Below, piece by piece: positions 1-10,084 of a stretch of 64,000 bases of DNA (the first letter of the stretch is position 1; each line of letters starts with the position of its first letter). Under the pieces are notes generated by a model. It ran no database searches, had not been told where the DNA came from, and saw only the letters and a list, made by a program, of their open reading frames with translations. The stretch comes from Spirochaetota bacterium (GTDB taxonomy: Bacteria; Spirochaetota; UBA4802; UB4802): positions 25,512 to 89,511 of the forward strand of contig JBBFLA010000005.1 in the NCBI GenBank assembly GCA_037481795.1, in the 5' to 3' direction. Position numbers and translations under genes: made by a program.

Positions 1-732
1 GAAAATGAGCTTGATATTGCCAGTAACCTGCAACAGTGCCTTTTCCCGGTTGTTTTCCCGGATATTAAGGAATTTTCTTTTTATCTCAAATTTAAGCCTG
101 TTGAAAAAATAAGTGGTGATTTTTTTGATTTTATAATTCATGATGAAAAGCATTTCTCATTCATTTTTGCTGATGTTTCTGGCCATGGGGTGCCAGCTGC
201 TCTTTATTCTGCAATCGTAAAGACTGCCATAACAACATTTGTTGATATATCTAAGTCACCTTCTGATATATTAAAAGAAATGAATCAGTTCTTAATACAG
301 ACGCAAAAGATGATGAGCTACAATTATGCAACCATATTCTTTGCACATTTTGATTTGGCTCAATCCTGTATTGAATATGTAAATGCAGGCCTGCCTTCAC
401 CAATAGTAATACATCCGGATGGGAACATAATCAGGATGGAAACAACGGGTCCTTTTGTTGGCATATTTGATACTTCCCTGTATACAACCAAAAAAATTGA
501 ATTATTTCCTGGTGATAAATTACTTTTCTTTTCAGATGGTGCCTTTGAGTGCCCTGACAGAGTTGATAGAATCCTGGGAGAAAAACGATTTCAAGAATTA
601 ATTGATGAGCATAGCAATCTGGAAATACCGGAACTGATAGAATTTTTATTTGATAAAATTCAGGATTTTTGTGGAGTTGATCGTTTTGTAGATGATGTAA
701 CCATGTTAGGAATGAAGTTTAGTCCACACTGA
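1..732 (+). CDS. SpoIIE/PP2C-family serine phosphatase, C-terminal part (5-prime end lies outside the window)
   Basis: Frame +1 is open from base 1, whereas the ORF track starts at an internal Met at 190. The translation ENELDIASNLQ...KISGDFFDF...FIFADVSGHGVPAALY...FFSDGAFE...VDDVTMLGMKF carries the RsbU/SpoIIE PP2C catalytic motifs. Confidence 0.85.
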   Translation, partial: ENELDIASNLQQCLFPVVFPDIKEFSFYLKFKPVEKISGDFFDFIIHDEKHFSFIFADVSGHGVPAALYSAIVKTAITTFVDISKSPSDILKEMNQFLIQTQKMMSYNYATIFFAHFDLAQSCIEYVNAGLPSPIVIHPDGNIIRMETTGPFVGIFDTSLYTTKKIELFPGDKLLFFSDGAFECPDRVDRILGEKRFQELIDEHSNLEIPELIEFLFDKIQDFCGVDRFVDDVTMLGMKFSPH

Positions 733-840
733 TTAATTATTGCACTTTTGAGAATAAATAATAGTACTTATATAACATAAAGAACATACTTGTTTATAAT
801 TAAATGTAAGTAATATGTAGTTAATAAAATGGAGGATTTC

Positions 841-1869
841 ATGAGAAAAGACATGTTTATATATTTGGTACTTATTGTGACTATTTTGTTATCAGTACCC
901 TGTGTCTATGCATTAGAGATTAGCTTTGTGGTTGGGGATGTCATTGTTGAACGTGATGGGAAAGAGAATCTAGCGGTAGTGGGAATGAAGCTGTCACAGG
1001 GAGATGTGGTTGTAACAAAAAATGCAAGTATTGCAGAATTGCTGTATGCAGATAAAAGTACTGTTCGTATTTTTGAAAATACAAAGATTAAAGTTGCAGC
1101 AATACACGATAATCAGGAGAATGTTTCTATCATTAATGGTGTTATCAAGGCAAAGATTTCTAAATTACAGAAGGGCGAGTCTAAAAAAGTATATACTCCA
1201 ACCACTGTTTGTGCAATCAGAGGAACAGAGTTCTTTGTGGCTGTTAGCGATAGTTCAAATTCACGGGTTAATATGGAAGAAGGGTCTCTGGCACTATCAA
1301 ATCCGTATGGAGAAATAAATGTAAAAGGTGATGAGCAGGCTACTGTTGAGGTAGCAAAAAAGCCGTTGCTGGATGATAACCCCAAAAATCCTGAATTGTG
1401 GAAAAACACAGCCGATAAAGATTTTGTCCTTGAGCCGCAAAAATATGCAGAAAGCTATAATGAATATTTAGCAACGTTAGAGCAAAGAAGTTCAATGCAA
1501 TCAGCTGAAATAGAAAAATTGAAACAATCATCGGTTAAGAAGAAGGATTCTAAAAAGTTAGAACATGATATGAATGAACTGGAAAATAAAGTGGCTGTCA
1601 TAGCAGATGACTTTTTTTTAGGCGATTGTGCAAATGCAGCAGTGGATAATGTTTTGCAAATTTATAAAGATAAGAAACAGGAAATATTCGATAGTTTCAA
1701 TAAAGTAAAAGAACAGGCGGATAGAGTTGTTCAACAACAAAAAGCTAATTATGAGGCAATAATGGCCATAAAGGAAGCTTATAGAAAAAGCTATGAAGAT
1801 ATAAAAGGGAAGCATAAGGAAAGCATTGAAAAAATAAAAGAAGAAATAAATAAAGTACAGGAACAGTAA
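841..1869 (+). CDS. FecR-domain protein with N-terminal signal/anchor and K/E-rich coiled-coil tail
   Basis: GGAGGA at 831-836 favours the ATG at 841 over the one at 829. A hydrophobic N-terminus is followed by a FecR-like block (VVGDVIVERDG...GDVVVT...STVRIFENTKIKV...TPTTVCAIRGTEFFV) and a long charged helical tail. Confidence 0.75.
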   Translation: MRKDMFIYLVLIVTILLSVPCVYALEISFVVGDVIVERDGKENLAVVGMKLSQGDVVVTKNASIAELLYADKSTVRIFENTKIKVAAIHDNQENVSIINGVIKAKISKLQKGESKKVYTPTTVCAIRGTEFFVAVSDSSNSRVNMEEGSLALSNPYGEINVKGDEQATVEVAKKPLLDDNPKNPELWKNTADKDFVLEPQKYAESYNEYLATLEQRSSMQSAEIEKLKQSSVKKKDSKKLEHDMNELENKVAVIADDFFLGDCANAAVDNVLQIYKDKKQEIFDSFNKVKEQADRVVQQQKANYEAIMAIKEAYRKSYEDIKGKHKESIEKIKEEINKVQEQ

Positions 1870-1876
1870 AATAGTA

Positions 1877-2788
1877 TTAGGATAATAAAAATTTTTTAGC
1901 AGACTGTACACCCTGTTCAAATCCTTCCAGAATTTTTTTGGGGTCACGGGTCAATCTGTCTACATTGAAATCATCCGGCGGATAGATAATATCTATTTTT
2001 TTGTGTTTATGTTCCAGTTCGTCAAGAATGGAATTATACATGAGGTACCTGTTTTCCAGTGCCTGAATAAGATAGCGATATTTTGAATCCTTAAAGTAAT
2101 TTTCAATAAGATACCTGATCCAGAATGATTCTTCTTTTTTTCTGTACCCTTTTTTTCTTGTTACAACAACAAGGATATCCTCTTCCTTGTAACCAAGGTT
2201 TAATGCTTTTTTATAAGGTATGGGATCAAGCAACCCTCCATCGCATAGTTTGCGGTTGTTATATTCTACAAATCCGCGATATAATACAGGTATTGCGGCA
2301 GATGCCTTTAATGATGTAATAATATCATCTTTTCTTGAATGAAGATATGCTGTAGATGGAGGGTTATTATCGCTGTATTCAGTGGCAGTTATCAATACAG
2401 GGATGGAGTGCTTCAGGTATTGAAAATTCAGTGTTTCTTTACCTTCAATGACTGTTGAAACCATCCAATCTAAATTTAATATATGCTTTGTTGGCCGGAG
2501 TATATTTGATATTTTTATAAAACTTTCACTTAACAGGACCCCAAAAAAAGCATCGCGAGCTAAATAAATCTGGTGTGCAGAGTATGCAACACCTGTTAAA
2601 GCACCAGCTGATGAACCTATGATTAATGTAAAAGGAAAATATTCTCTGTCGGTGAATGCCTGGAGAACTCCTGTTAAAAATACTCCACGCATACCACCGC
2701 CTTCCAGGATAAGTACTTTCTTTTTTGGGAATGATTTCTTTTGACGATCTTTTGATAAGTACCTGATAACTGGTGATACTATGAGCAT
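1877..2788 (-). CDS. patatin-like phospholipase
   Basis: Carries the GGGMRG oxyanion motif, the GSSAG (GxSxG) nucleophile elbow and a C-terminal DGG catalytic Asp motif. Confidence 0.9.
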   Translation of the reverse strand: MLIVSPVIRYLSKDRQKKSFPKKKVLILEGGGMRGVFLTGVLQAFTDREYFPFTLIIGSSAGALTGVAYSAHQIYLARDAFFGVLLSESFIKISNILRPTKHILNLDWMVSTVIEGKETLNFQYLKHSIPVLITATEYSDNNPPSTAYLHSRKDDIITSLKASAAIPVLYRGFVEYNNRKLCDGGLLDPIPYKKALNLGYKEEDILVVVTRKKGYRKKEESFWIRYLIENYFKDSKYRYLIQALENRYLMYNSILDELEHKHKKIDIIYPPDDFNVDRLTRDPKKILEGFEQGVQSAKKFLLS

Positions 2789-2833
2789 ATATGGTAACTC
2801 CTATTATACCAGGATTTAGAATTAATTTTCATT

Positions 2834-3088
2834 TTGATAAACGAAGCAATGAAGGATATCGTGGTTTACAAATATGATTCTTTGATTCATTTCAAAATGA
2901 AAACTATTTCCTTATTTTCCAAAAGATTTAAAGGTTGTAAAATAATAGACCGCTTATTAAAAAAATACAGTGATTATAATGAATGTAATGTAGCAAAAGT
3001 CAACATGAAAAATAATAGTATTGACAGTGTGTTTTTTAAAGTATATAATCAAACAGTAAAGGCTAATTTAAATAATTTCATTAATTGA
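2834..3088 (+). CDS. hypothetical small K/N-rich protein (doubtful)
   Basis: Only ORF in the 337-bp gap between the patatin gene and the sixA-like gene. It has a TTG start, no clear RBS and no recognisable motif. Confidence 0.2.
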   Translation: MINEAMKDIVVYKYDSLIHFKMKTISLFSKRFKGCKIIDRLLKKYSDYNECNVAKVNMKNNSIDSVFFKVYNQTVKANLNNFIN

Positions 3089-3125
3089 GTAATGAATTAT
3101 ACTCCTCTTATACCTGGAGGGTAAC

Positions 3126-3611
3126 ATGGAAGCAATTGTAGTGCAGCATGGCGAAGCTGTTGAGACATCGGTAAACCCTGAAAGGCCATTATCAATAAAA
3201 GGGCAGGAGCAATTTCAAAGATTAGCTCAATTTTTGAAAATCATTAACTGGAAACCGGATATTATTATTCATAGTGGAATATTGAGGGCATATGAAAGTG
3301 CGGCGATAGTTGCTGGGGAATTTCAATGCGAAGTTGCAGTCAACAAATCTATAAACCCCAAAGACAATCCCGATGATATTATACAGTATTTATTGCTTGA
3401 AAAAAGGAATGTTATCGTAGTAACCCATAAACCATTTATTGATGTACTGATTGCAAGGGTGTTATCAACTTCTCAAACCGGTTTAGTAACTATAACAAAT
3501 GCTTCCCCCGTTTTTTTATCCAGTGATGGTGAAATGCTATATTGCAGGGCACATATTCCTGAATCAATGATAGATGCCATTATTCGTTCTTTTTCAAACC
3601 GGCAATCATAA
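3126..3611 (+). CDS. sixA: SixA-type phosphohistidine phosphatase homologue (RHG motif reads QHG)
   Basis: GGAGGG lies upstream of the ATG. The protein is colinear with SixA: VVQHGEA / ERPLSIKG / HSGILRAYES / VVTHKPF correspond to RHGDA / RPLT.G / SPFLRAEQT / ISHLP. Confidence 0.75.
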   Translation: MEAIVVQHGEAVETSVNPERPLSIKGQEQFQRLAQFLKIINWKPDIIIHSGILRAYESAAIVAGEFQCEVAVNKSINPKDNPDDIIQYLLLEKRNVIVVTHKPFIDVLIARVLSTSQTGLVTITNASPVFLSSDGEMLYCRAHIPESMIDAIIRSFSNRQS

Positions 3612-4560
3612 GAATGATAATACCAATCACAGACCATACAAATGTTCGCAATCTTCGTACAATACCAATAGTAAGCCCTAATGAAGGGTCATACCCTAAT
3701 AATTTTAACGCTAACGAATATGAGCCTTCACTGGTCCCTAAATTTGCTGGCATAAAAAACATAACAGATGTTAAAAAAAGCCCAAATACATACAAAAATA
3801 GTGCATGGTAGATATTAAAGGGGATATTAAGAAAATATACAATCAGATATATCTCCAATGTGCAGGAAATTGTCACTGCGAAATAATGAAGAAGTATAGA
3901 TATGATGAACTTATGTATGTGCGATTTGCTGCTGAAAATATATTTAATTTCTTCATCCAATTCTTCAATTTTTTTCCGCCTTTCTTCTGTTATAAGCTTG
4001 TTGCTAAAACGCGATGGTACTAAAGAAATAATAAAATCCAGTAAACCTTCCCGTTGCTTTTGTATAATGAGAGCAATAATAATTAATGTCAGTAAAAAAA
4101 ACCCCAATGCAATAGCAGTGATATATGATGGCAATTTGAGAATGAATAAACTCAATATAATACCTGTTAAAAACATTAGTGCATTTGCCAGTGAATGCGC
4201 TGTTCTATCCAGAACAACAGAGGCAAGGCCAACCTGCAGGGGGATGTGTTCTTTCATATACATTGCTTTTAATGGTTCTCCGGCTATTGAGCCAAACGCA
4301 TTAATTGAAGATGTTGAATCGCCTCCAATACGGGCAAGTACAAGTAGTACAAACGTTTTGAAGGTAACAGGATGATTGATCAAAACCTTCCAGCCCAGGG
4401 TAAGAAAAATATGGCTGAAGATAAATATGCTAACAATGACCCAGAATCCCCAGCCAACAGATATGATTTGTGATATTGTTTTTTGAAGACCAAACGTTTT
4501 AAAAAGAAAAACAAGTATTAGAATTCCAATTAATAAAAAAATATAACGAGCTGTTTTCAT
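3580..4560 (-). CDS. polytopic inner-membrane protein, UPF0104 / flippase-like (LPG-synthase TM-domain) candidate
   Basis: About 8 hydrophobic segments. Start placed at the ATG at 4560 (MKTARYIFLL...) because the longer ORF to 4728 would overlap the upstream gene, which ends at 4577. Confidence 0.55.
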   Translation of the reverse strand: MKTARYIFLLIGILILVFLFKTFGLQKTISQIISVGWGFWVIVSIFIFSHIFLTLGWKVLINHPVTFKTFVLLVLARIGGDSTSSINAFGSIAGEPLKAMYMKEHIPLQVGLASVVLDRTAHSLANALMFLTGIILSLFILKLPSYITAIALGFFLLTLIIIALIIQKQREGLLDFIISLVPSRFSNKLITEERRKKIEELDEEIKYIFSSKSHIHKFIISILLHYFAVTISCTLEIYLIVYFLNIPFNIYHALFLYVFGLFLTSVMFFMPANLGTSEGSYSLALKLLGYDPSLGLTIGIVRRLRTFVWSVIGIIILMIAGLKKNE

Positions 4561-4576
4561 ACGGTATCCAGAAAAA

Positions 4577-6325
4577 TTAAAATTGAATGGCAAGAACAGT
4601 AAAATCATCCACAAATTCTTTGTCAACATCCTGAGTAACAAGATTATCCTGGAGTCTCTGGATAAGGGAATCAGGTCCCTTTTCAAGGGATTGAAGTGCG
4701 ATTTCAATGAGTCTTTTTTCGCCTGCATCCATGTTCCCGTTGCCTAATAGGTCAAGAACCCCATCTGTAAATAGGACAACAAGGTCTCCATCCTCAAAGA
4801 ACAACGCCTTTTCTTCATATTTTGCATTGTTGGTAATGCCAAGAGCTACTCCTCTGGCATTCAGATGAATTGTCTCACGTGTTTTTGAACGTATTAACAA
4901 TTGATTATTATGTCCCGCACTGCCATAGGTTAAAAGTTTATTATGTGAATCAATAAGCATGTAAAATACTGTTACAAACATACCATATTCCGAATCTTCA
5001 TAAATATATTTGTTGGCATGGGTAAGCAGCTGGCCAGGCTGGTTGTTGATACGGGATTCTGCTCGTAATACATTTCGTGCTGTACCCATGAATAGTGCTG
5101 CGGGGATGCCTTTGCCTGATATATCAGCAATGAGTAAACCAAATTTTTCATTATCAAACTGGAAAATATCGTAAAAATCCCCACCAACCTCTTTTGCCGA
5201 TTTATTAAATGCTGCTAAGTGGTGATTGTTGATTAATTGAGGAATCTTTGGGAGTATTCTCTTCTGGATTTCTGATGCAATGTCAATTTCCTGTGCAAGT
5301 CTTCGCTGCTCTTCAGTTTGTTGTAAATACAGTGAATTCTGATAAGCTTCTACAATCTGATTGGCTATGGTGGTTGCAACTCTCAGGTCATATGCGTCAA
5401 AACTGGTTTTATCTAATTTGTCTGCTAAGTTTAAAACGCCAATAATGGTATTTTTATATCGCAAAGGAATTGAGATAAATGAAGGGGTAATATATTCATG
5501 AATTTTTGCAAAAGAAGCAAGTGATGGGTCTGCTATTATATTATTTACCAGTAAAGGGTCCCCGCTTGTAAAAACATGATAGGCAATAGGTGCCTGATTT
5601 TTATTTAATGGGGAATTAATAGATTCAGGAAGATTATACGATGATGCAATAGTAAATTTGTCGGTTGTGGTATTATACAATAGTATGGATGCACGTTTAA
5701 CACCAACTGATGAGGCAAGTGGTTGAATTATCTTTGAAAATATATTTTCCGAAGGACCAGAATGAGCAATAGCCTGAGATATCTCATACATTATTTCCAG
5801 CTCTTTAAGTCGTGTCGTCAAATCCTGATACAGCTGGCGGTGTGTAATTGCAATAGCTGCAGAATCAGCAATATACATTAATACTTTAAGATCATCCCGG
5901 GTAAATGAATCCCTCCCAATAGTGTTTACTGCCTCAATAACTCCAACTAACCTGTCAACAAGAACCATTGGAGCACAGATAATATTTCGTGTATGAAAAT
6001 GAGCCTTGTTATCAATCTCTTTATAAAACCTTTCATCATTTTGAGGGTCATTGACAATAACCGGGGTATTGGTAAGAGCAACATGACCGGCAATCCCTTT
6101 TCCCTTAGGAACTATCTCCCCCTTGATAAGAGAGTCACTTCCTCCTCTGACAATGTAAAAATAGAGGTCTTCAGTAATAGGATCAGTAAGAAGGATTGAA
6201 CAACCTTCAGTTTGCAACATATCTTTGGTTATATCAAGAATGACCATCAACAAATCTGAAAGTTTCAGATTGGAATTAATTCTTTTGTTAATAGCGCTGA
6301 ATTTTTCAATATCATACTGTAACAC
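4577..6325 (-). CDS. GAF-GAF-SpoIIE(PP2C) protein phosphatase
   Basis: GTG start. Two GAF-like modules (GKGIAGHVALT..., IIGVLNLADK...) are followed by a PP2C domain (EVGGDFYD, LLIADISGKGIPAALFM, LFTDGV, DDFTVLAI). Confidence 0.88.
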   Translation of the reverse strand: MLQYDIEKFSAINKRINSNLKLSDLLMVILDITKDMLQTEGCSILLTDPITEDLYFYIVRGGSDSLIKGEIVPKGKGIAGHVALTNTPVIVNDPQNDERFYKEIDNKAHFHTRNIICAPMVLVDRLVGVIEAVNTIGRDSFTRDDLKVLMYIADSAAIAITHRQLYQDLTTRLKELEIMYEISQAIAHSGPSENIFSKIIQPLASSVGVKRASILLYNTTTDKFTIASSYNLPESINSPLNKNQAPIAYHVFTSGDPLLVNNIIADPSLASFAKIHEYITPSFISIPLRYKNTIIGVLNLADKLDKTSFDAYDLRVATTIANQIVEAYQNSLYLQQTEEQRRLAQEIDIASEIQKRILPKIPQLINNHHLAAFNKSAKEVGGDFYDIFQFDNEKFGLLIADISGKGIPAALFMGTARNVLRAESRINNQPGQLLTHANKYIYEDSEYGMFVTVFYMLIDSHNKLLTYGSAGHNNQLLIRSKTRETIHLNARGVALGITNNAKYEEKALFFEDGDLVVLFTDGVLDLLGNGNMDAGEKRLIEIALQSLEKGPDSLIQRLQDNLVTQDVDKEFVDDFTVLAIQF

Positions 6326-6561
6326 GGATTTTCACCATGTTCCTTAAAAATATTTATTTGCCTTAAAATTTCACAGAACTCAGTATAAGAATTTAGATGA
6401 TTGAATCAAATCTAAATTAATATTTACTATTACAAAATAATTTTATTAAATGTCTATCTTTTTTTAACAAATTAATATTGAATTGTTATATACTTCCATG
6501 AATGTCATTGTATAGTGTTATGGCATATTAACATTAGCATAGGATATTCAATTTTATATAT

Positions 6562-8139
6562 TTGTATAGTAATGATGATATGAAAGTTATTGTTGAATTA
6601 TCAGTGGCACCAGATTTCAAAGAAGAAGAATTATCAAAGGAACTATCGCTCCTTTGTGGTTGTAGCATTACTTCATATTCTATTCTGCGTAAAGCGCTGG
6701 ATGCCCGCAAGGCACCAGTATACCGTTATCGATGTTGTGTGGATATACCACACCATGTTGCAAAAGCACTTATATCAAAAGGCAAAGCAACTCCATATAG
6801 AGAAGAGGAACCTGTGACAATTCCAAAAGTAAATACCAATAAACGGGTACCAATAGTTGGAAGTGGTCCTGCGGGATTGTTCTGTGCTCTAACACTGATT
6901 GAAGCAGGGGTGGCCGTAGATATCTATGAACGGGGTAAAACATTAGATCAGCGGCACAGGGATGTTGCCATGCTTCGTGAAAATGGTATCCTTGATGTCA
7001 ATAGTAATGTTGTGTTTGGTGAAGGTGGTGCTGGCACATATTCTGATGGAAAATTGACAACGCGCATTAATAAAAAAGAAATAAAACTTTTTTATGATTT
7101 CCTTGTACAATTTGGAGCACCATCATCAATTGTGTATGAAGCTAAACCGCATATTGGCACTGACAGGCTGATTGGCATCATTGAAAATATCCGAAAGTAT
7201 ATGATACAGAAAAACTGCACAATCCAGTTTGGTAAAAAGCTTACCGATATACTCATACATAACGATACGCTCCAGAGTTGTTACTTTAACAATACAGAGG
7301 AGATAGTTACTGATATTCTGGTCCTTGCTACGGGACATTCAGCGCGTGATGTGTATCAGATGTTGCATGCTCAAGGCGTTGCATTACAGAAAAAAGGGTT
7401 TGCAGTAGGTGTACGCGTTGAACATCCACGAGAGCTGATAGATGAAATTCAGTATGGCAGGGAAAAAGATAGGTATGGGTTGCATGGGGCTGAGTATCAG
7501 CTAACGTTTAAAGATATAACAGGGAGAGGGGTATATTCATTTTGTATGTGCCCGGGTGGATTTGTTATTAATTCTTCGTCCGAGGAAGAACGATTATGTG
7601 TGAACGGGATGAGTTACTCAAAACGTGATGGGGCCAGTTCAAATGCTGCTCTGGTGGTAACTGTTTCACAGGATGATTTTAAAGATATTTTTGATGGGAT
7701 TAATTTTCAGATTTTACTGGAAGAAAAAGCATATCAGGCAGGTGGTGGTAAATTTAGTGCTCCTGCTCAGCGTATAACATCTTTTTTGCAAAATTCGATT
7801 GATTCTTCATTGCCGGTATGTACGTATAAACCAAAGATTGTTGCCAGCAATTTTAATGATATTCTACCTGATTTCATCCGGGAGCCATTACAGAGAGCTA
7901 TCGTGCACTTTGGAACCAGAATGAAAGGCTTTGTTACCATGGAGGGGATTTTGGTGGGTGTAGAAACCAGGACATCTTCTCCAATACGGATAGTTCGTGA
8001 TGAAACGTTTCAGTCAATTAATTGTAAAGGGTTATTTCCTGTTGGCGAGGGTGCCGGATATGCCGGAGGGATAGTAAGCTCAGCAGTTGATGGCATACGT
8101 GCTGCACAAAAGATATTAACATTATTAGAGAGGGTATAA
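6562..8139 (+). CDS. FAD-dependent oxidoreductase (COG2509-like NAD(FAD)-utilising dehydrogenase)
   Basis: Has the GSGPAGLFCAL dinucleotide-binding fold and the C-terminal GEGAGYAGGIVSSAVDG motif. The start could be the TTG at 6562 or the ATG at 6580. Confidence 0.75.
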   Translation: MYSNDDMKVIVELSVAPDFKEEELSKELSLLCGCSITSYSILRKALDARKAPVYRYRCCVDIPHHVAKALISKGKATPYREEEPVTIPKVNTNKRVPIVGSGPAGLFCALTLIEAGVAVDIYERGKTLDQRHRDVAMLRENGILDVNSNVVFGEGGAGTYSDGKLTTRINKKEIKLFYDFLVQFGAPSSIVYEAKPHIGTDRLIGIIENIRKYMIQKNCTIQFGKKLTDILIHNDTLQSCYFNNTEEIVTDILVLATGHSARDVYQMLHAQGVALQKKGFAVGVRVEHPRELIDEIQYGREKDRYGLHGAEYQLTFKDITGRGVYSFCMCPGGFVINSSSEEERLCVNGMSYSKRDGASSNAALVVTVSQDDFKDIFDGINFQILLEEKAYQAGGGKFSAPAQRITSFLQNSIDSSLPVCTYKPKIVASNFNDILPDFIREPLQRAIVHFGTRMKGFVTMEGILVGVETRTSSPIRIVRDETFQSINCKGLFPVGEGAGYAGGIVSSAVDGIRAAQKILTLLERV

Positions 8140-8145
8140 TAAACC

Positions 8146-10023
8146 ATGATTCCTGTTTTATTACGATTGAAAAATCCAAACAGTATTGATGACAGACAAC
8201 ATTTCCCAAGACCGGATTTACTTCGATTACCAACGTATAGTCTCAACGGTCAGTGGGTGATAGTGCCTGATAAAAAAAATCGTGGCAAAATGTTACAATG
8301 GTATACCAAGACCAATGTTCAAAAAATACTGCAGCAATGGTATAATATTGATGAATTTGAATCATATCCTGTTATTGTCCCTTTTCCGCTTGAATCTGAT
8401 AAAAATAGTGAATTTCATAAACAAAGTGGAATAACACCCAAACAGATTGTATTGCATAAGCGTTACTGGTATTTCTGCACATTTTCAATTGAAGACATTT
8501 CTACCGGGATACTTCATTTTGGCGCCTGTGATTATAAAGCTACAGTGTGGCTCAATGGTAAGCTTTTGGGGACACATGAGGGCGGATACACACCTTTTTC
8601 GTTTTTTACTCATTTTGAAGATACAAATTATTTAGCTGTACTGATTGAGGACAGCCTTTCACCTTCGCAGGTACGGGGTAAACAGACATTCCTTAATAAA
8701 CCCTTTATGGTTTGGTATACCAACATAACAGGTATATGGCAGGATGTCTGGGTTGAAAAGGTTGGGTCATCATATATCAGTTCAATTACATGCCAAAGAA
8801 CAGGAAGTAGTGTCCGCTTTGTTATTGATGTGGTAACCAGCGAAAATATTGCAAATGATTTCAGAATTGAATTGTTAATCTATGCATCACAGGTACATGG
8901 TAAAAAAAGTGCATTAAAAACACCTGTCAAGACATATCGTGATATTGTGATGTTTGATGTTTTTAAAAAAGGCCAGGTACTATTTGAGGTGCCCGAATCG
9001 CTTTTTACTACCTGGAGCCCTCAATATCCTGCACTCCATCCACTTCAGATAATCTTGAAAAAAGGGACAAAAGAGGCTGATTGTGTGTATAGTTATTTTG
9101 GTAGAAGGGATATTGAAATCAAAAATGGTTCTATTCTTTTAAATAAAAAAAATCTCTATCAGCGATTGCTGCTCAACCAGGGATATTATCCTGAAGGGCT
9201 ATACAGGCCTGTGAATAACTCTATGTACAAAACTGATATTGAGACCATGAAAAGTATGGGTTTTAATGGATGCCGTATTCATCAGAAGATAGAGGATCCA
9301 AAATTTTTATACTGGGCTGATCTTTTGGGATTTTTAGTATGGGAAGAAATGCCCAGTTACTATCTCCCATTACATAAAAACATGAAAAAACTCTATGCAC
9401 AGCTTCAGGAGGTTATGAAACGGGATTGTATGCACCCTTCAATAATTACGCTTGTGCTATACAATGAAAGCTGGGGGCTTTATTCCATGTTTTTTTCAAA
9501 AAGGGTGCGCGATAGTCTTATTGCACTGTTTACCAGGGTAAAAGCAGATTTTCCGGGATACATGGTGATAGATAACAGCGGATTTCATCATGTAAAAAGC
9601 GATATTGCCGATATACATCATTATCTGAAGCGATTTGAAGATATTGAAGAGTTTTATCGCAGGCTTGTTGCAGGTGTTCGCGAGGCACCACTGTGGGCAA
9701 ATTTTATATCCATGATTTTGGGCAAAGAAAATATTCAAACACCATATTTAAAAGGGTATGCTGATAAACAGGTACCGCTTTTAATAAGTGAAATGGGTGG
9801 TTTTGGTTTTGGCATGTATCAATCGGAGGCTAAAACCCTGGAAGAAAGTTTTCAGAAACATTGTGCCATACTGGCAAAGTTCCCTCAAATTCAGGGTTTT
9901 TGTTACACCCAGTTTACTGATACGTTTCAGGAAAAAAATGGAGTATGCACGTTTGACCGTACAATGAAAGCAAAACTTTTGCCCATCATGCAAAAAGCGC
10001 TTTCAAAACACATATTTTGGTAA
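8146..10023 (+). CDS. glycoside hydrolase family 2 protein
   Basis: GH2 sugar-binding block (GACDYKATVWLNGKLLGTHEGGYTPFSF), a TIM-barrel region with the acid/base motif YNESWG, and the nucleophile motif ISEMGG. Confidence 0.85.
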   Translation: MIPVLLRLKNPNSIDDRQHFPRPDLLRLPTYSLNGQWVIVPDKKNRGKMLQWYTKTNVQKILQQWYNIDEFESYPVIVPFPLESDKNSEFHKQSGITPKQIVLHKRYWYFCTFSIEDISTGILHFGACDYKATVWLNGKLLGTHEGGYTPFSFFTHFEDTNYLAVLIEDSLSPSQVRGKQTFLNKPFMVWYTNITGIWQDVWVEKVGSSYISSITCQRTGSSVRFVIDVVTSENIANDFRIELLIYASQVHGKKSALKTPVKTYRDIVMFDVFKKGQVLFEVPESLFTTWSPQYPALHPLQIILKKGTKEADCVYSYFGRRDIEIKNGSILLNKKNLYQRLLLNQGYYPEGLYRPVNNSMYKTDIETMKSMGFNGCRIHQKIEDPKFLYWADLLGFLVWEEMPSYYLPLHKNMKKLYAQLQEVMKRDCMHPSIITLVLYNESWGLYSMFFSKRVRDSLIALFTRVKADFPGYMVIDNSGFHHVKSDIADIHHYLKRFEDIEEFYRRLVAGVREAPLWANFISMILGKENIQTPYLKGYADKQVPLLISEMGGFGFGMYQSEAKTLEESFQKHCAILAKFPQIQGFCYTQFTDTFQEKNGVCTFDRTMKAKLLPIMQKALSKHIFW

Positions 10024-10084
10024 CAAATATATACAATACAGTCGATAAGATGAGTAAGGTATAATACTCATTGTACGATAGATA

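Noticed and set aside
4561-4728. 56-codon extension of the membrane-protein ORF (ORF track 3580..4728)
   Set aside because: It overlaps the end of the GAF-PP2C gene. The ATG at 4560 immediately precedes the first TM segment.
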